A stretch of 64,000 bases of DNA from positions 1 through 64,000 of IMG/VR virus record IMGVR_UViG_3300022923_000005; one strand, 5' to 3'. Origin of the DNA: a virus. Lineage: Duplodnaviria > Caudoviricetes. The notes beneath the pieces are model-generated. The model saw nothing but the letters and a program-made list of their open reading frames with translations. It was not told where the DNA came from and searched no databases. The position numbers were made by a program, and so were the translations under genes. Every line of letters begins with the position of its first letter. Positions within the stretch are counted from its first letter, which is position 1. Positions 28,221 to 36,348 of the stretch are shown in pieces.

Positions 28221-28902
28221 TCATCATCTCTTGTAATTCTTGTTTCCATTCGCTGTGGTATTCACAGTAACGATAATTTTCAAACCACGGACCACCTTCT
28301 GTATAGTGTATAAGTTTAGGCTTACCATCATCTGGTTCTTTATACCAACCTGCTAACCAATTCCATTCTGGGCTTAGTTCTCCAATTTCGTCATCTTTCA
28401 ACCAACTAAATCTGTGTAAATATTTTCCTGTAATTTTAGGATCGTTAACAAGTTCTACATTTATTTCTTGATTACTCGGATGTGAACAATTAAAAAGCAT
28501 TACACTTGACCAATTTTTACGTGGATAAACTGTTTGTGCCTGTCCGTCCATTTTGATTCCTTCTTTAGGAGTGTAGTCGTGTTTAACACACATCAATGCA
28601 TACTTGTTATCTGCTTGTGCAAATAATTCATTGATATCTGTTTGTAAAATCATATCACAATCCATAAACATAGCCCAACCATTAAAGTTGCTTAGTTCAG
28701 GTACTAAGAATCTTGTAAATGTAAATTCTGTACTTGCTAATTTATCAATTGGTCTGTCATAATACCCTTGTTCTCTTAATTCTTTTTGTATTAAAGGTTT
28801 TACTACAGCATTAGGACTTCTTTTTTCAATACTGTGTTTGCACACTTGGTATGCAATATCTTCTCTAGGATCATATCCTACAAATACTTTTAGTTCTTCC
28901 AT
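28213..28902 (-). CDS. GT8-like glycosyltransferase
   Basis: VFVGYDPRE, STEFTFTRF, FMDCDM, YPRKNWSS and HYTEGGPWF motifs. Confidence 0.88.
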   Translation of the reverse strand: MEELKVFVGYDPREDIAYQVCKHSIEKRSPNAVVKPLIQKELREQGYYDRPIDKLASTEFTFTRFLVPELSNFNGWAMFMDCDMILQTDINELFAQADNKYALMCVKHDYTPKEGIKMDGQAQTVYPRKNWSSVMLFNCSHPSNQEINVELVNDPKITGKYLHRFSWLKDDEIGELSPEWNWLAGWYKEPDDGKPKLIHYTEGGPWFENYRYCEYHSEWKQELQEMMNG

Positions 28903-29702
28903 TGTTCCTCCAATAGCTCTTTTGCCTTACCTGTTCTTAATTCACTAACGTGATATTGACCATATGCTAAATGACAACCCCAAGCATATCTTTTATCTTC
29001 TGATGGATAGTAAGGTGTTTCTATTAGACTTAAATCAGTACATCCAACTGGTCTTGCAGAGTTTGCAGGTGCTAACGGAAAAACAGGTATACCGTGAAAT
29101 ACTGCTTCTGTTGCTGCATTGCTATTGTATGTAACTAGTGCAAATACATCTTTGTTTAATGCTTGTTCTAATGTATCTGTCAAACGTGTAATTCTTTGTT
29201 TATCTCTTTGTCTTACTTCTATAGGACGATCTGTGAATTTTTTAATTTTAGTAATAGTAGAATGTATCCATTCATCTAAATTAATACCATAAAACTTACA
29301 AGGTTTTTCATCCGGTGCTGCTATAAGAATTTTTCTGCCATTCTTTTTCCAAGGCATAAATTTTTTATTAAATCTTTTAAATCTGTCGTCGGAGCGTTCA
29401 ATAATATCGCCGTGTTGTAAATTATTTTTAACAATTCTGTGCCAATACTTCCAACCATTAGGATTGCTTTTTGTAACTTCGTTACCAAAATATCCTGTGT
29501 CCATATAATAGAAGTCTCTATTATCTTCAAAACATTTATGTATAATTTTCTTTTTTAGAATACCTCTAAGCACAATAGGACGTTCATCTAAACTATCGTA
29601 TTCAAATGTTTTCGGATCAGTTGTAGTTGCTTTACAACCTGATGCAAATTCATTTATATATGGATCTTTGTGATCCTTGCTTAAAAATATCCAATCATTC
29701 AT
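28890..29702 (-). CDS. KpsS/KpsC-like GT-B protein
   Basis: MDTGYFGN, WHRIVKN, YNSNAATEAVFHGIP and LAYGQY motifs. Confidence 0.65.
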   Translation of the reverse strand: MNDWIFLSKDHKDPYINEFASGCKATTTDPKTFEYDSLDERPIVLRGILKKKIIHKCFEDNRDFYYMDTGYFGNEVTKSNPNGWKYWHRIVKNNLQHGDIIERSDDRFKRFNKKFMPWKKNGRKILIAAPDEKPCKFYGINLDEWIHSTITKIKKFTDRPIEVRQRDKQRITRLTDTLEQALNKDVFALVTYNSNAATEAVFHGIPVFPLAPANSARPVGCTDLSLIETPYYPSEDKRYAWGCHLAYGQYHVSELRTGKAKELLEEQWKN

Positions 29703-30466
29703 AAACGTTCGATGTCCTCTTCGACACAGTTTGTACCGTATTGGATTTCTACAACTTGTAAAGGTTCATCAGTTTCATTTGCTAACATATGCCATTCCAT
29801 ATTATCAATGTGTAATGACTGATGTTTTTCATATGTACCTCTAAGTTCATAATCTGTTGAGTTGTTAATAGTGTAAACGTTTGCTGTGCCTTTGGCAACA
29901 AACCAATGTTCTGCTCTATCCTTGTGTCGTTGCATACTTAGCATCTTACCTGGATCAACAGTAAGTTCTTTTACTTTAACGTTATTACCATATTCGTGAA
30001 TTACTCTGTAGTAACCCCACTTACGAATTGTTTTAGGATGTTTCCATTCTTCAAGTATCCAACTACTACTATTCTTTTTTGTATCGCCACCAACGCCATA
30101 TGCAAATGTTAGTTCGCCTGTGTCGTCATCGAATAATTCTGGAATGTTGTCTGGAGTTCTGTCGCCGCCATTAGCAAAAACTATTTCTGTAGCAGGAAAT
30201 TTTTTCCTTACTTTGCGTATTGCATCTGTAGCACTTCCATCGCTGTCATCAAATGTAATGACTTCATCAACAACTTCTAGTTCTTGGATAATTGCAATAC
30301 GTTCTTCTCCAGGCATAAATGGTCTGCCTTTTTTACGTACTAACCAATCATCACTGTTAACACCAACAATTAGTTTGGAGCCAAGTTTTTTTGCTTCTTT
30401 AAAATAGGCAATATGTCCACTGTGTAAAGGGTCAAATCCGCCTGTTACTAGTACAATTGTTTTCAT
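29699..30466 (-). CDS. cytidylyltransferase fused to mannose-6-phosphate-isomerase-type cupin
   Basis: GGFDPLHSGH (HIGH) and ANGGDR, followed by WGYY...LSMQRH..RAEHW...VEIQYG...EEDIER. Confidence 0.88.
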   Translation of the reverse strand: MKTIVLVTGGFDPLHSGHIAYFKEAKKLGSKLIVGVNSDDWLVRKKGRPFMPGEERIAIIQELEVVDEVITFDDSDGSATDAIRKVRKKFPATEIVFANGGDRTPDNIPELFDDDTGELTFAYGVGGDTKKNSSSWILEEWKHPKTIRKWGYYRVIHEYGNNVKVKELTVDPGKMLSMQRHKDRAEHWFVAKGTANVYTINNSTDYELRGTYEKHQSLHIDNMEWHMLANETDEPLQVVEIQYGTNCVEEDIERL

Positions 30467-30524
30467 ACTTTTATTTATATGCTCAGTTTATGTGTAAATA
30501 TAGAAGTGAAAGAGGAGCAAATTA

Positions 30525-30899
30525 TTGAAAATACTTATATGTGGACCAGAAGGGTCAGGAAAAACAACACTAGCAAAACCTTTTGCAGAATTAGTGGGCG
30601 GTGTATATGTGACTGGTGATACATACCAAAATGAACTACGTGGTTACGTAGATGGTATTGTTGCAGCAGGAAAAATTGCAATAATAGATAAACGCTGTAA
30701 TTCAAATAGTGCAAAAGAATATTTAGATCCAGATTATCTAGTTTGGATGGACACAATTAAAGAAACTACAGAATTTCAAAAACCTAAAAAATTTAATTAT
30801 CACGTTGCAACGTGGTTTCAGGATACACACGCACAACTTGCGGATGTTGTAAAAAGTTATCTTGAGAAAAAAGAAAAAGCGTTAGAAACTACAAAGTAG
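30525..30899 (+). CDS. P-loop kinase-like protein (short; adenylylsulfate/nucleotide kinase-like)
   Basis: ILICGPEGSGKTTLA and VWMDT motifs. TTG start after GAGGAG. Confidence 0.65.
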   Translation: MKILICGPEGSGKTTLAKPFAELVGGVYVTGDTYQNELRGYVDGIVAAGKIAIIDKRCNSNSAKEYLDPDYLVWMDTIKETTEFQKPKKFNYHVATWFQDTHAQLADVVKSYLEKKEKALETTK

Positions 30900-31347
30900 C
30901 ATCATCAAGTCCAGCAGTTCTTAACTTTACAATGTTAGTTAATTGCCACTGTTTCTGATCAAGTCCTTTAATAATTCCTAACCACTTATTTCGTATAAGA
31001 GCGAATTCGTTAATAATTTTTTCAAAGTCAACTACATCTGCTTCACCGTCAACAAACTTCTCTGCATCACGTGAACTTAATTGTCTTTGATAGTTTTCAA
31101 CATATCTTCTAAAATGCGAAGAACGTAATCTTCGGAGTTCAATGTTAAGATATTCTAGTATTGCTTCAATTTCTTGAAGTTGGCTAAATCTAGTCTCTAC
31201 GGATGCCGGCAAATGTGCTGAGGCTTTTTCAATCCTACCACTAATTTTAATTTCTGCTTTTGCAGCAATTAGTTCCGTATTGAAATACTCAACAGCATCA
31301 GGTATCTTGCTGATATCTTTCGAAACTAGATCATACCAATTTGTCAT
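30889..31347 (-). CDS. uvsY: recombination mediator UvsY
   Basis: Helical ~150-aa protein ending KQWQLTNIVKLRTAG, close to uvsX. Confidence 0.75.
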   Translation of the reverse strand: MTNWYDLVSKDISKIPDAVEYFNTELIAAKAEIKISGRIEKASAHLPASVETRFSQLQEIEAILEYLNIELRRLRSSHFRRYVENYQRQLSSRDAEKFVDGEADVVDFEKIINEFALIRNKWLGIIKGLDQKQWQLTNIVKLRTAGLDDATL

Positions 31348-31350
31348 ACT

Positions 31351-31587
31351 TTAATCCCAACGATCATCTTCATCTTCATCATAGTCTTCGACTTCATCGT
31401 CATCCAAGACATACTCGACTGCTTCATCTAGATAAGTGTCTATGCCAAACAGTCCTTGAATAACTGATTCGCTCACACCATAATCTAGTAGCGTATTAAT
31501 GTAACTTGCTGCCACATCTTTCTTTTTCTTTTCTTCAATGTGTTCAACCATTATAGTCCAAATATCTGCTATTAGATCACTATTCAT
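31351..31587 (-). CDS. acidic hypothetical protein
   Basis: 78-aa ORF between uvsX and uvsY. Confidence 0.75.
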   Translation of the reverse strand: MNSDLIADIWTIMVEHIEEKKKKDVAASYINTLLDYGVSESVIQGLFGIDTYLDEAVEYVLDDDEVEDYDEDEDDRWD

Positions 31588-31592
31588 ATGTT

Positions 31593-32669
31593 TTATACTC
31601 CGTTGCTTGTTACTGGTTCCTCTTCAACCTCGACTGGTTCTTCGACTTCTTCCAGTTCAGGCTTTGATTTAAGATCATTCATTATCATATTTAATTTATC
31701 GCCTGTCCAGTTCTTTCTATACTCTAAATGAACTTCTCCATTTAAGTCTGTATATTTAAGTCTATTACCGTCTTTTTTAAGCAATCCTTTTGCTTCAAAC
31801 AAGTCAACGCAGCCACTATAAGGATCCATACCTGTTTCATATGGAATCTTTACTTGCACTGCTTCAAATGGTTTTGCATAACGTGTTTTCATTACTTTAC
31901 ACGCAGCTCTAATACCATTTACTGTAGTAGTTTTATTACCATCTAAATCTTCTTTAAGTTTTAGTTTACGCATAGCAACAACAATACTACTTGCATAGAT
32001 AAAGCCTTGTCCACCACTAATCTTATCATCTGGATCAAACATATCCTGTGATGCATAAGTGTGGTTAGTACATACCATACCTACATTGTAACTACCAAAC
32101 ATATTAACACAGTTACGTACAAGTGCTGTTAGTGCTTTAGGCTTTCTACCCATATCACCTTTTAAATCACCTTTACCAAACTGATCAACATCTGTTGGAG
32201 TTAGTAGCATACCAAGTGAGTCAATTACAAATAATACTTTAGGACGTTCTTCGCCTGCCATATCTCTGTATTCTTTCATAAACTCTGATACTGTTTTAGC
32301 AACATCATCAATCATTGACATATTAAGTTTAAGAAGTTTTTCTTCACTTGTGTCAACATCTAATGCGTGTAGCCATTTCTCATCAAGTGCATTCTCTGAG
32401 TCAATTAGTACTACAAAGATACCTTGTTCTTGTGCTGATTTTACAATATTGCCGGCTGCAATATAAGATTTACCTGCACCGGATTCACCTGCTAGTACAG
32501 TAACTTTACCAAGAGGTACACCTCTATTAAAGTCACCACTAATAAGATAGTTTAGTGCATAGTTGCCTGTGCTGATCCAATCAGTAGGATCATTAAAGCC
32601 AATACCTAATCCGTCAATGGACTTTGTAAGGCTCTTTCTAAATTTAGTTACGTCAAACGCTTTTGCCAT
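31593..32669 (-). CDS. uvsX: RecA-like recombinase UvsX
   Basis: ISTG, AGESGAGKS, DSENA, IDSLG, NHTY and SGG motifs. Confidence 0.95.
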   Translation of the reverse strand: MAKAFDVTKFRKSLTKSIDGLGIGFNDPTDWISTGNYALNYLISGDFNRGVPLGKVTVLAGESGAGKSYIAAGNIVKSAQEQGIFVVLIDSENALDEKWLHALDVDTSEEKLLKLNMSMIDDVAKTVSEFMKEYRDMAGEERPKVLFVIDSLGMLLTPTDVDQFGKGDLKGDMGRKPKALTALVRNCVNMFGSYNVGMVCTNHTYASQDMFDPDDKISGGQGFIYASSIVVAMRKLKLKEDLDGNKTTTVNGIRAACKVMKTRYAKPFEAVQVKIPYETGMDPYSGCVDLFEAKGLLKKDGNRLKYTDLNGEVHLEYRKNWTGDKLNMIMNDLKSKPELEEVEEPVEVEEEPVTSNGV

Positions 32670-32691
32670 AATTACCTTTCCTTTGTTAAAG

Positions 32692-32743
32692 TATGAGAGA
32701 CCTCGCTGGTTACCGTACGGAGGTTTTTGCCGGAACTCTCATA
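32692..32743 (-). other. structured element in the gp32-uvsX intergenic region
   Basis: TATGAGAG (32692-32699) / CTCTCATA (32736-32743) encloses ACCTC (32700-32704) / GAGGT (32720-32724). Confidence 0.45.
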
Positions 32744-32751
32744 AACTCTTT

Positions 32752-33759
32752 TTATTGCTGACGGTTGCGAATCATTGCAAGAATGTCTTGCGCACGACCC
32801 GATCCATTGTCCTCAGTAGTTGCAGTTTCTGCCGCTGGTGCTGCTGCTGGTGCTTCAGTTACAGGCGCTGCTGCTGGAGCAGGTTCTGCCGCTGGAGCAG
32901 GTGCAGGAGTTACCGGAGCACTTGCTGCTGGTGCTGCTGCCTTATTAGGATCGCCAGTTGCCTGACTCATTCCCGCTGGACGGAAATATTGACCCCAACG
33001 TTCCGGATCATATGCTTCACCATCAACTGATGCTTCAAACATTTCCTTCATTACTTGAAGCTCAACTTCACCTGGCTTCTTAGGAAGGAAATCATTTAAG
33101 TTAAACAACCCGTGTTGTTCAACTGCTGCATTCTCTGTATCATTTAATGCACGTTCTTTACGTGACCATTGTGATGTAGAGTAGTCAGCATAACCACCTT
33201 TTGATGTTTTCTTAATACGGAAGTCAACACCACGAAGATAATCTGTTGGCAATTCTTCCAACTCTGGATCCATCAAAGCACCTTTAATGATTTGATAAAT
33301 CTGTGGACCAATAATAAACCTACGGATAGGATTCTCAGGTGTTCTCTCTTCGTTAAGAGGATCGTCTGTTACAAACCCTTGGAAAATGTACGAACGCTTT
33401 TTCCAATATTTACGTCCCATATCTTCTAGTGATTTGTCTTTAAACCAACCACGTACCTCAGAAAGAATTGGACAAGTAGTACCATCGTTGTACATTTCCA
33501 CACACGGAACTTGCACAATAGTATTACGACTGTCTGTTTCTCCTTTGATACCTGCGAATGGTAATTTAATCATCGCACGTTCTACCCAAAAGAATGTGTT
33601 GTCAGCGTTGCCGTCTGGTAAGAATCTTACCACGGCTTCTCTGCCTTCTTGCATATTCCAATGTGGGTAAATTGCGTTGTCACCGCCTCCAGTAGAATTA
33701 CCAGATGAGCGATTGTTTGCTTCTTGCAGTTTTGCACGAATTTCTGCTAATGATGCCAT
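32752..33759 (-). CDS. gp32: single-stranded DNA-binding protein (T4 gp32-like)
   Basis: VRFLPD, CPI, YWKKRSY, DF.IKKT.KGGYADYSTS motifs and an Ala/Pro-rich tail. AGGAGG ribosome-binding site. Confidence 0.92.
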   Translation of the reverse strand: MASLAEIRAKLQEANNRSSGNSTGGGDNAIYPHWNMQEGREAVVRFLPDGNADNTFFWVERAMIKLPFAGIKGETDSRNTIVQVPCVEMYNDGTTCPILSEVRGWFKDKSLEDMGRKYWKKRSYIFQGFVTDDPLNEERTPENPIRRFIIGPQIYQIIKGALMDPELEELPTDYLRGVDFRIKKTSKGGYADYSTSQWSRKERALNDTENAAVEQHGLFNLNDFLPKKPGEVELQVMKEMFEASVDGEAYDPERWGQYFRPAGMSQATGDPNKAAAPAASAPVTPAPAPAAEPAPAAAPVTEAPAAAPAAETATTEDNGSGRAQDILAMIRNRQQ

Positions 33760-33808
33760 TTGTTAGCCTCCTTTGTTTGCCTAATAAAAAATGTCATTTT
33801 ATGCCTAA

Positions 33809-33848
33809 TGCATATATGTATTATATGCAACTTTATTTATCTTGTCAA
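33809..33848 (-). promoter_or_regulatory. composite sigma70 plus late promoter for the gp32-uvsX-uvsY operon
   Basis: Perfect TTGACA (33843-33848), 17-nt spacer, TATAAT (33820-33825). TAAATA (33834-33839) in the spacer. 8-bp inverted repeat at 33809-33829. Confidence 0.85.
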
Positions 33849-33882
33849 GTGTATTTTTAACTAAATGTGATTTTGTTTAGCC

Positions 33883-33912
33883 AAAAGAAAAGGATCCTAA
33901 GATCCTTTCTTT
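33883..33912 (-). terminator. intrinsic terminator downstream of pqqA
   Basis: Minus strand AAAGGATC-TTAG-GATCCTTT followed by TCTTTT. Confidence 0.7.
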
Positions 33913-33966
33913 ATTCACAGTCCAATGTTTCTAACAATCTGTGTATATCTACTTCTACTTCTTTAT

Positions 33967-34038
33967 CTATCGGTTGGCTACATACATCGTTACTTCGAAG
34001 CCAAATCTCATCTCTGTTGCTATTGGTTTTGTCCACAT
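33967..34038 (-). CDS. pqqA: pyrroloquinoline quinone precursor peptide PqqA (23 aa, [23 protein letters not shown])
   Basis: Manual translation matches the PqqA family pattern (W..P.....R.GFEVTMY), including the E-x3-Y pair cross-linked into PQQ. AAGGA ribosome-binding site upstream; own promoter and terminator. Confidence 0.93.
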   Translation of the reverse strand: MWTKPIATEMRFGFEVTMYVANR

Positions 34039-34059
34039 AATGTTTTCCTTTATAAAGTG

Positions 34060-34100
34060 AAAAAAAATAGTGTAGCAGTTTCCTACTACACTATTATTTA
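34060..34100 (-). promoter_or_regulatory. late promoter overlapping a GAAA-tetraloop terminator-like hairpin upstream of pqqA
   Basis: TAAATA at 34095-34100. RNA hairpin AAUAGUGUAGUAG-GAAA-CUGCUACACUAUU (34066-34095) followed by a U-tract. Confidence 0.65.
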
Positions 34101-34135
34101 AACATCTTTACGTAAAAAATCAATACGTAAAATCA

Positions 34136-36337
34136 TTAAAACATACTAAGTTGTTTAATTCTTTCAAGTTCTTCTAAGTCTTCTGCGCCTTGTTCTTGTG
34201 CAGGAGCCATTCTTTCTACCATCTTACGTGCAACTTGCTCAGCCTGTTCACCAAACTTTTTGCCTACCATAGTAGCAACACCTTCTGGTCCTTTTGGAAA
34301 AGTGCCTGTATTTTTATCATAAAAAGATTTAATAAATTCTGCTAAACCTTCTAGTGTATGTTCTTCACCATCTGAAGTTTTAAACTTAGTGCCTTTCTTA
34401 GCACCTGCTGCTTTCATTTGTCTTACTTTTTGTGAAAACTCATTGCCTTCAGTTTCTTGGCTTTCCATATCCATAATATCGCCTGCGATATCACCGTGAA
34501 ACTCTTGTCTATCAATTTCGTGTCTCACTTTATCAAAGCCATCTGTTTTAATTTTTTCAATGTAGTCTTGATAAATTTTGTCTGCATAGGATTCGTCTGG
34601 CTCGTTGCTACCTGTGATTTCATCTTCAAGTCTTTTAATACATTCTTCTGCATCATCACAATCTTGAATAATTTCCATTCCTGTAGTAACTGCTAAATCC
34701 CAAGCATTGCCGCCTTCTGCAACTTCAACTGATTCTTCTTTGTTAAGTAATTCTTCTTGATGTTTTTTAAGTTCTTCAATGCTATCAAACTCGCCTGTAA
34801 TCTCATTGTCTTTAATGCTATAGAATTTGCCACCTTTATTAATAGCAGCAAGTCCATACTTGTTAAAACCTTTTGACATATCTTCTTGTTGTGGTTCAAC
34901 TTCGTCTGCTCCTACAGCAGGTTCGTCTGCCATATCACCGAAATCTAATTCACCTAGTACGTCTGGCGCATTTTCTTCGATCCACGCTTTAAGCAAAGGT
35001 CTTACATCAGCGTTAGCATCTTCAGTTGCTTTTGCTTTAATATCTTGCTCTAGTTTTGGATCATCGATAATGCCTTCTAAACTTGTAATTGCGTTTGTGC
35101 CATCAACGCCTGCTGCAAACTCTTGGCTTGTAAGTTCATTTAAACTTTTTACCATATCTGCTTTTTCTTCATCATCTGCAATTTGGATTGGACTTTCTTC
35201 GCCTAATGCGTCTACCCAACTTTCAAATTTTTCAAAGCCCGGTAGTGTATCGATTGTGTCTTCGTGTTCTTCAGCAAGTTTTGGTTCAGCCTCTGCCGTC
35301 ATACCGACTATGTCGTCATAGCCTACTGTTTCTTCTTCTTTCATTAATCTATGAATTACTGGGAATACATCAGTTAAGTCCTCTTTAAAGTTCTTAACAG
35401 TAAACATATCTTTGTACTGCTCCATCACATCATCGTCTACTTCTACGTCTGCTGTTGCCTCAAATGATTCTTTAAAAGCCTCATAGTATGACTGTTTAGA
35501 TAATTTTCCAATTCTTTCTCTGAGAGTGTCAAGTTGTACTTTACTGCGTTCAACAATTCGATTAGTGTCGGAGTTCATCAAATCGTTGCGTACAACATAG
35601 CCTGTAAATGTTTTAAGTTGAGCAATTTCTTCACTCATCTTAACAATGCTTTCACCAATTTCATCGTATGGTGCGCCACCGTTCGCTACGTGACGTTGCA
35701 TTGCTCTTGCACCTGCTAAGTGAACGAAAGGATATTTAAATCTTTCTCCTGATTCGTTCTGTACAAATAGTGCAGAAATATTTCTTGATCTTGCACCTGG
35801 TTTTAATTCCATATCATCAGCAAGTTTTTTGCTGTGCTTGATAATAAGTTTCGTATCTTCTAGTTTCTGGAAACTTTGTGTTTTAGTTCCATATAAATTA
35901 CTCTCATTCATTACATTCTCTCCGACAGGTTTTGTAATTGTATCATTGTCTGACGCTGGGTTTGCATATTGACTAAGGAAAGCATAATCTCTTTTATCTA
36001 AATTATCCTTTGCAATATCTCTTGTGTCAAATGCTAGTAGTCTACGTTTTGCGAACTTTCTTAATTCTCTCAAAAACCCATACCAACCATCTTTTTGGTC
36101 TCTGTCCATACCCTCAGTAATACCATTGGAAAAGTATACTTTCATTGAGTTTGGCTCTGCAAGACTAATACTTACGTGTCCAATTTTCTTATCTTCTTCC
36201 ATATAGTCGAAGTCAAAGAAACGTGCATCTTCAGGGTTAATAGTAATTTGTCCTGAATCATCACCAAGTTTTAGATTAGAAAATCTACTTCTAACCTTAA
36301 AAAATAAGTCTGTTGCTATATTATTAGTTGCGTCCAT
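34136..36337 (-). CDS. large acidic hypothetical protein (likely virion or head-associated)
   Basis: 733 aa downstream of the terminase; TAAATA-N5-ATG start at 36337. Confidence 0.8.
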   Translation of the reverse strand: MDATNNIATDLFFKVRSRFSNLKLGDDSGQITINPEDARFFDFDYMEEDKKIGHVSISLAEPNSMKVYFSNGITEGMDRDQKDGWYGFLRELRKFAKRRLLAFDTRDIAKDNLDKRDYAFLSQYANPASDNDTITKPVGENVMNESNLYGTKTQSFQKLEDTKLIIKHSKKLADDMELKPGARSRNISALFVQNESGERFKYPFVHLAGARAMQRHVANGGAPYDEIGESIVKMSEEIAQLKTFTGYVVRNDLMNSDTNRIVERSKVQLDTLRERIGKLSKQSYYEAFKESFEATADVEVDDDVMEQYKDMFTVKNFKEDLTDVFPVIHRLMKEEETVGYDDIVGMTAEAEPKLAEEHEDTIDTLPGFEKFESWVDALGEESPIQIADDEEKADMVKSLNELTSQEFAAGVDGTNAITSLEGIIDDPKLEQDIKAKATEDANADVRPLLKAWIEENAPDVLGELDFGDMADEPAVGADEVEPQQEDMSKGFNKYGLAAINKGGKFYSIKDNEITGEFDSIEELKKHQEELLNKEESVEVAEGGNAWDLAVTTGMEIIQDCDDAEECIKRLEDEITGSNEPDESYADKIYQDYIEKIKTDGFDKVRHEIDRQEFHGDIAGDIMDMESQETEGNEFSQKVRQMKAAGAKKGTKFKTSDGEEHTLEGLAEFIKSFYDKNTGTFPKGPEGVATMVGKKFGEQAEQVARKMVERMAPAQEQGAEDLEELERIKQLSMF

Positions 36338-36348
36338 ATAAGTATTTA

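Noticed and set aside
32765-32965. GCT/GGT-rich repeats and plus-strand Ala/Gly ORF
   Set aside because: Explained by the Ala/Pro-rich linker of gp32 on the minus strand; not a CRISPR array or separate gene.
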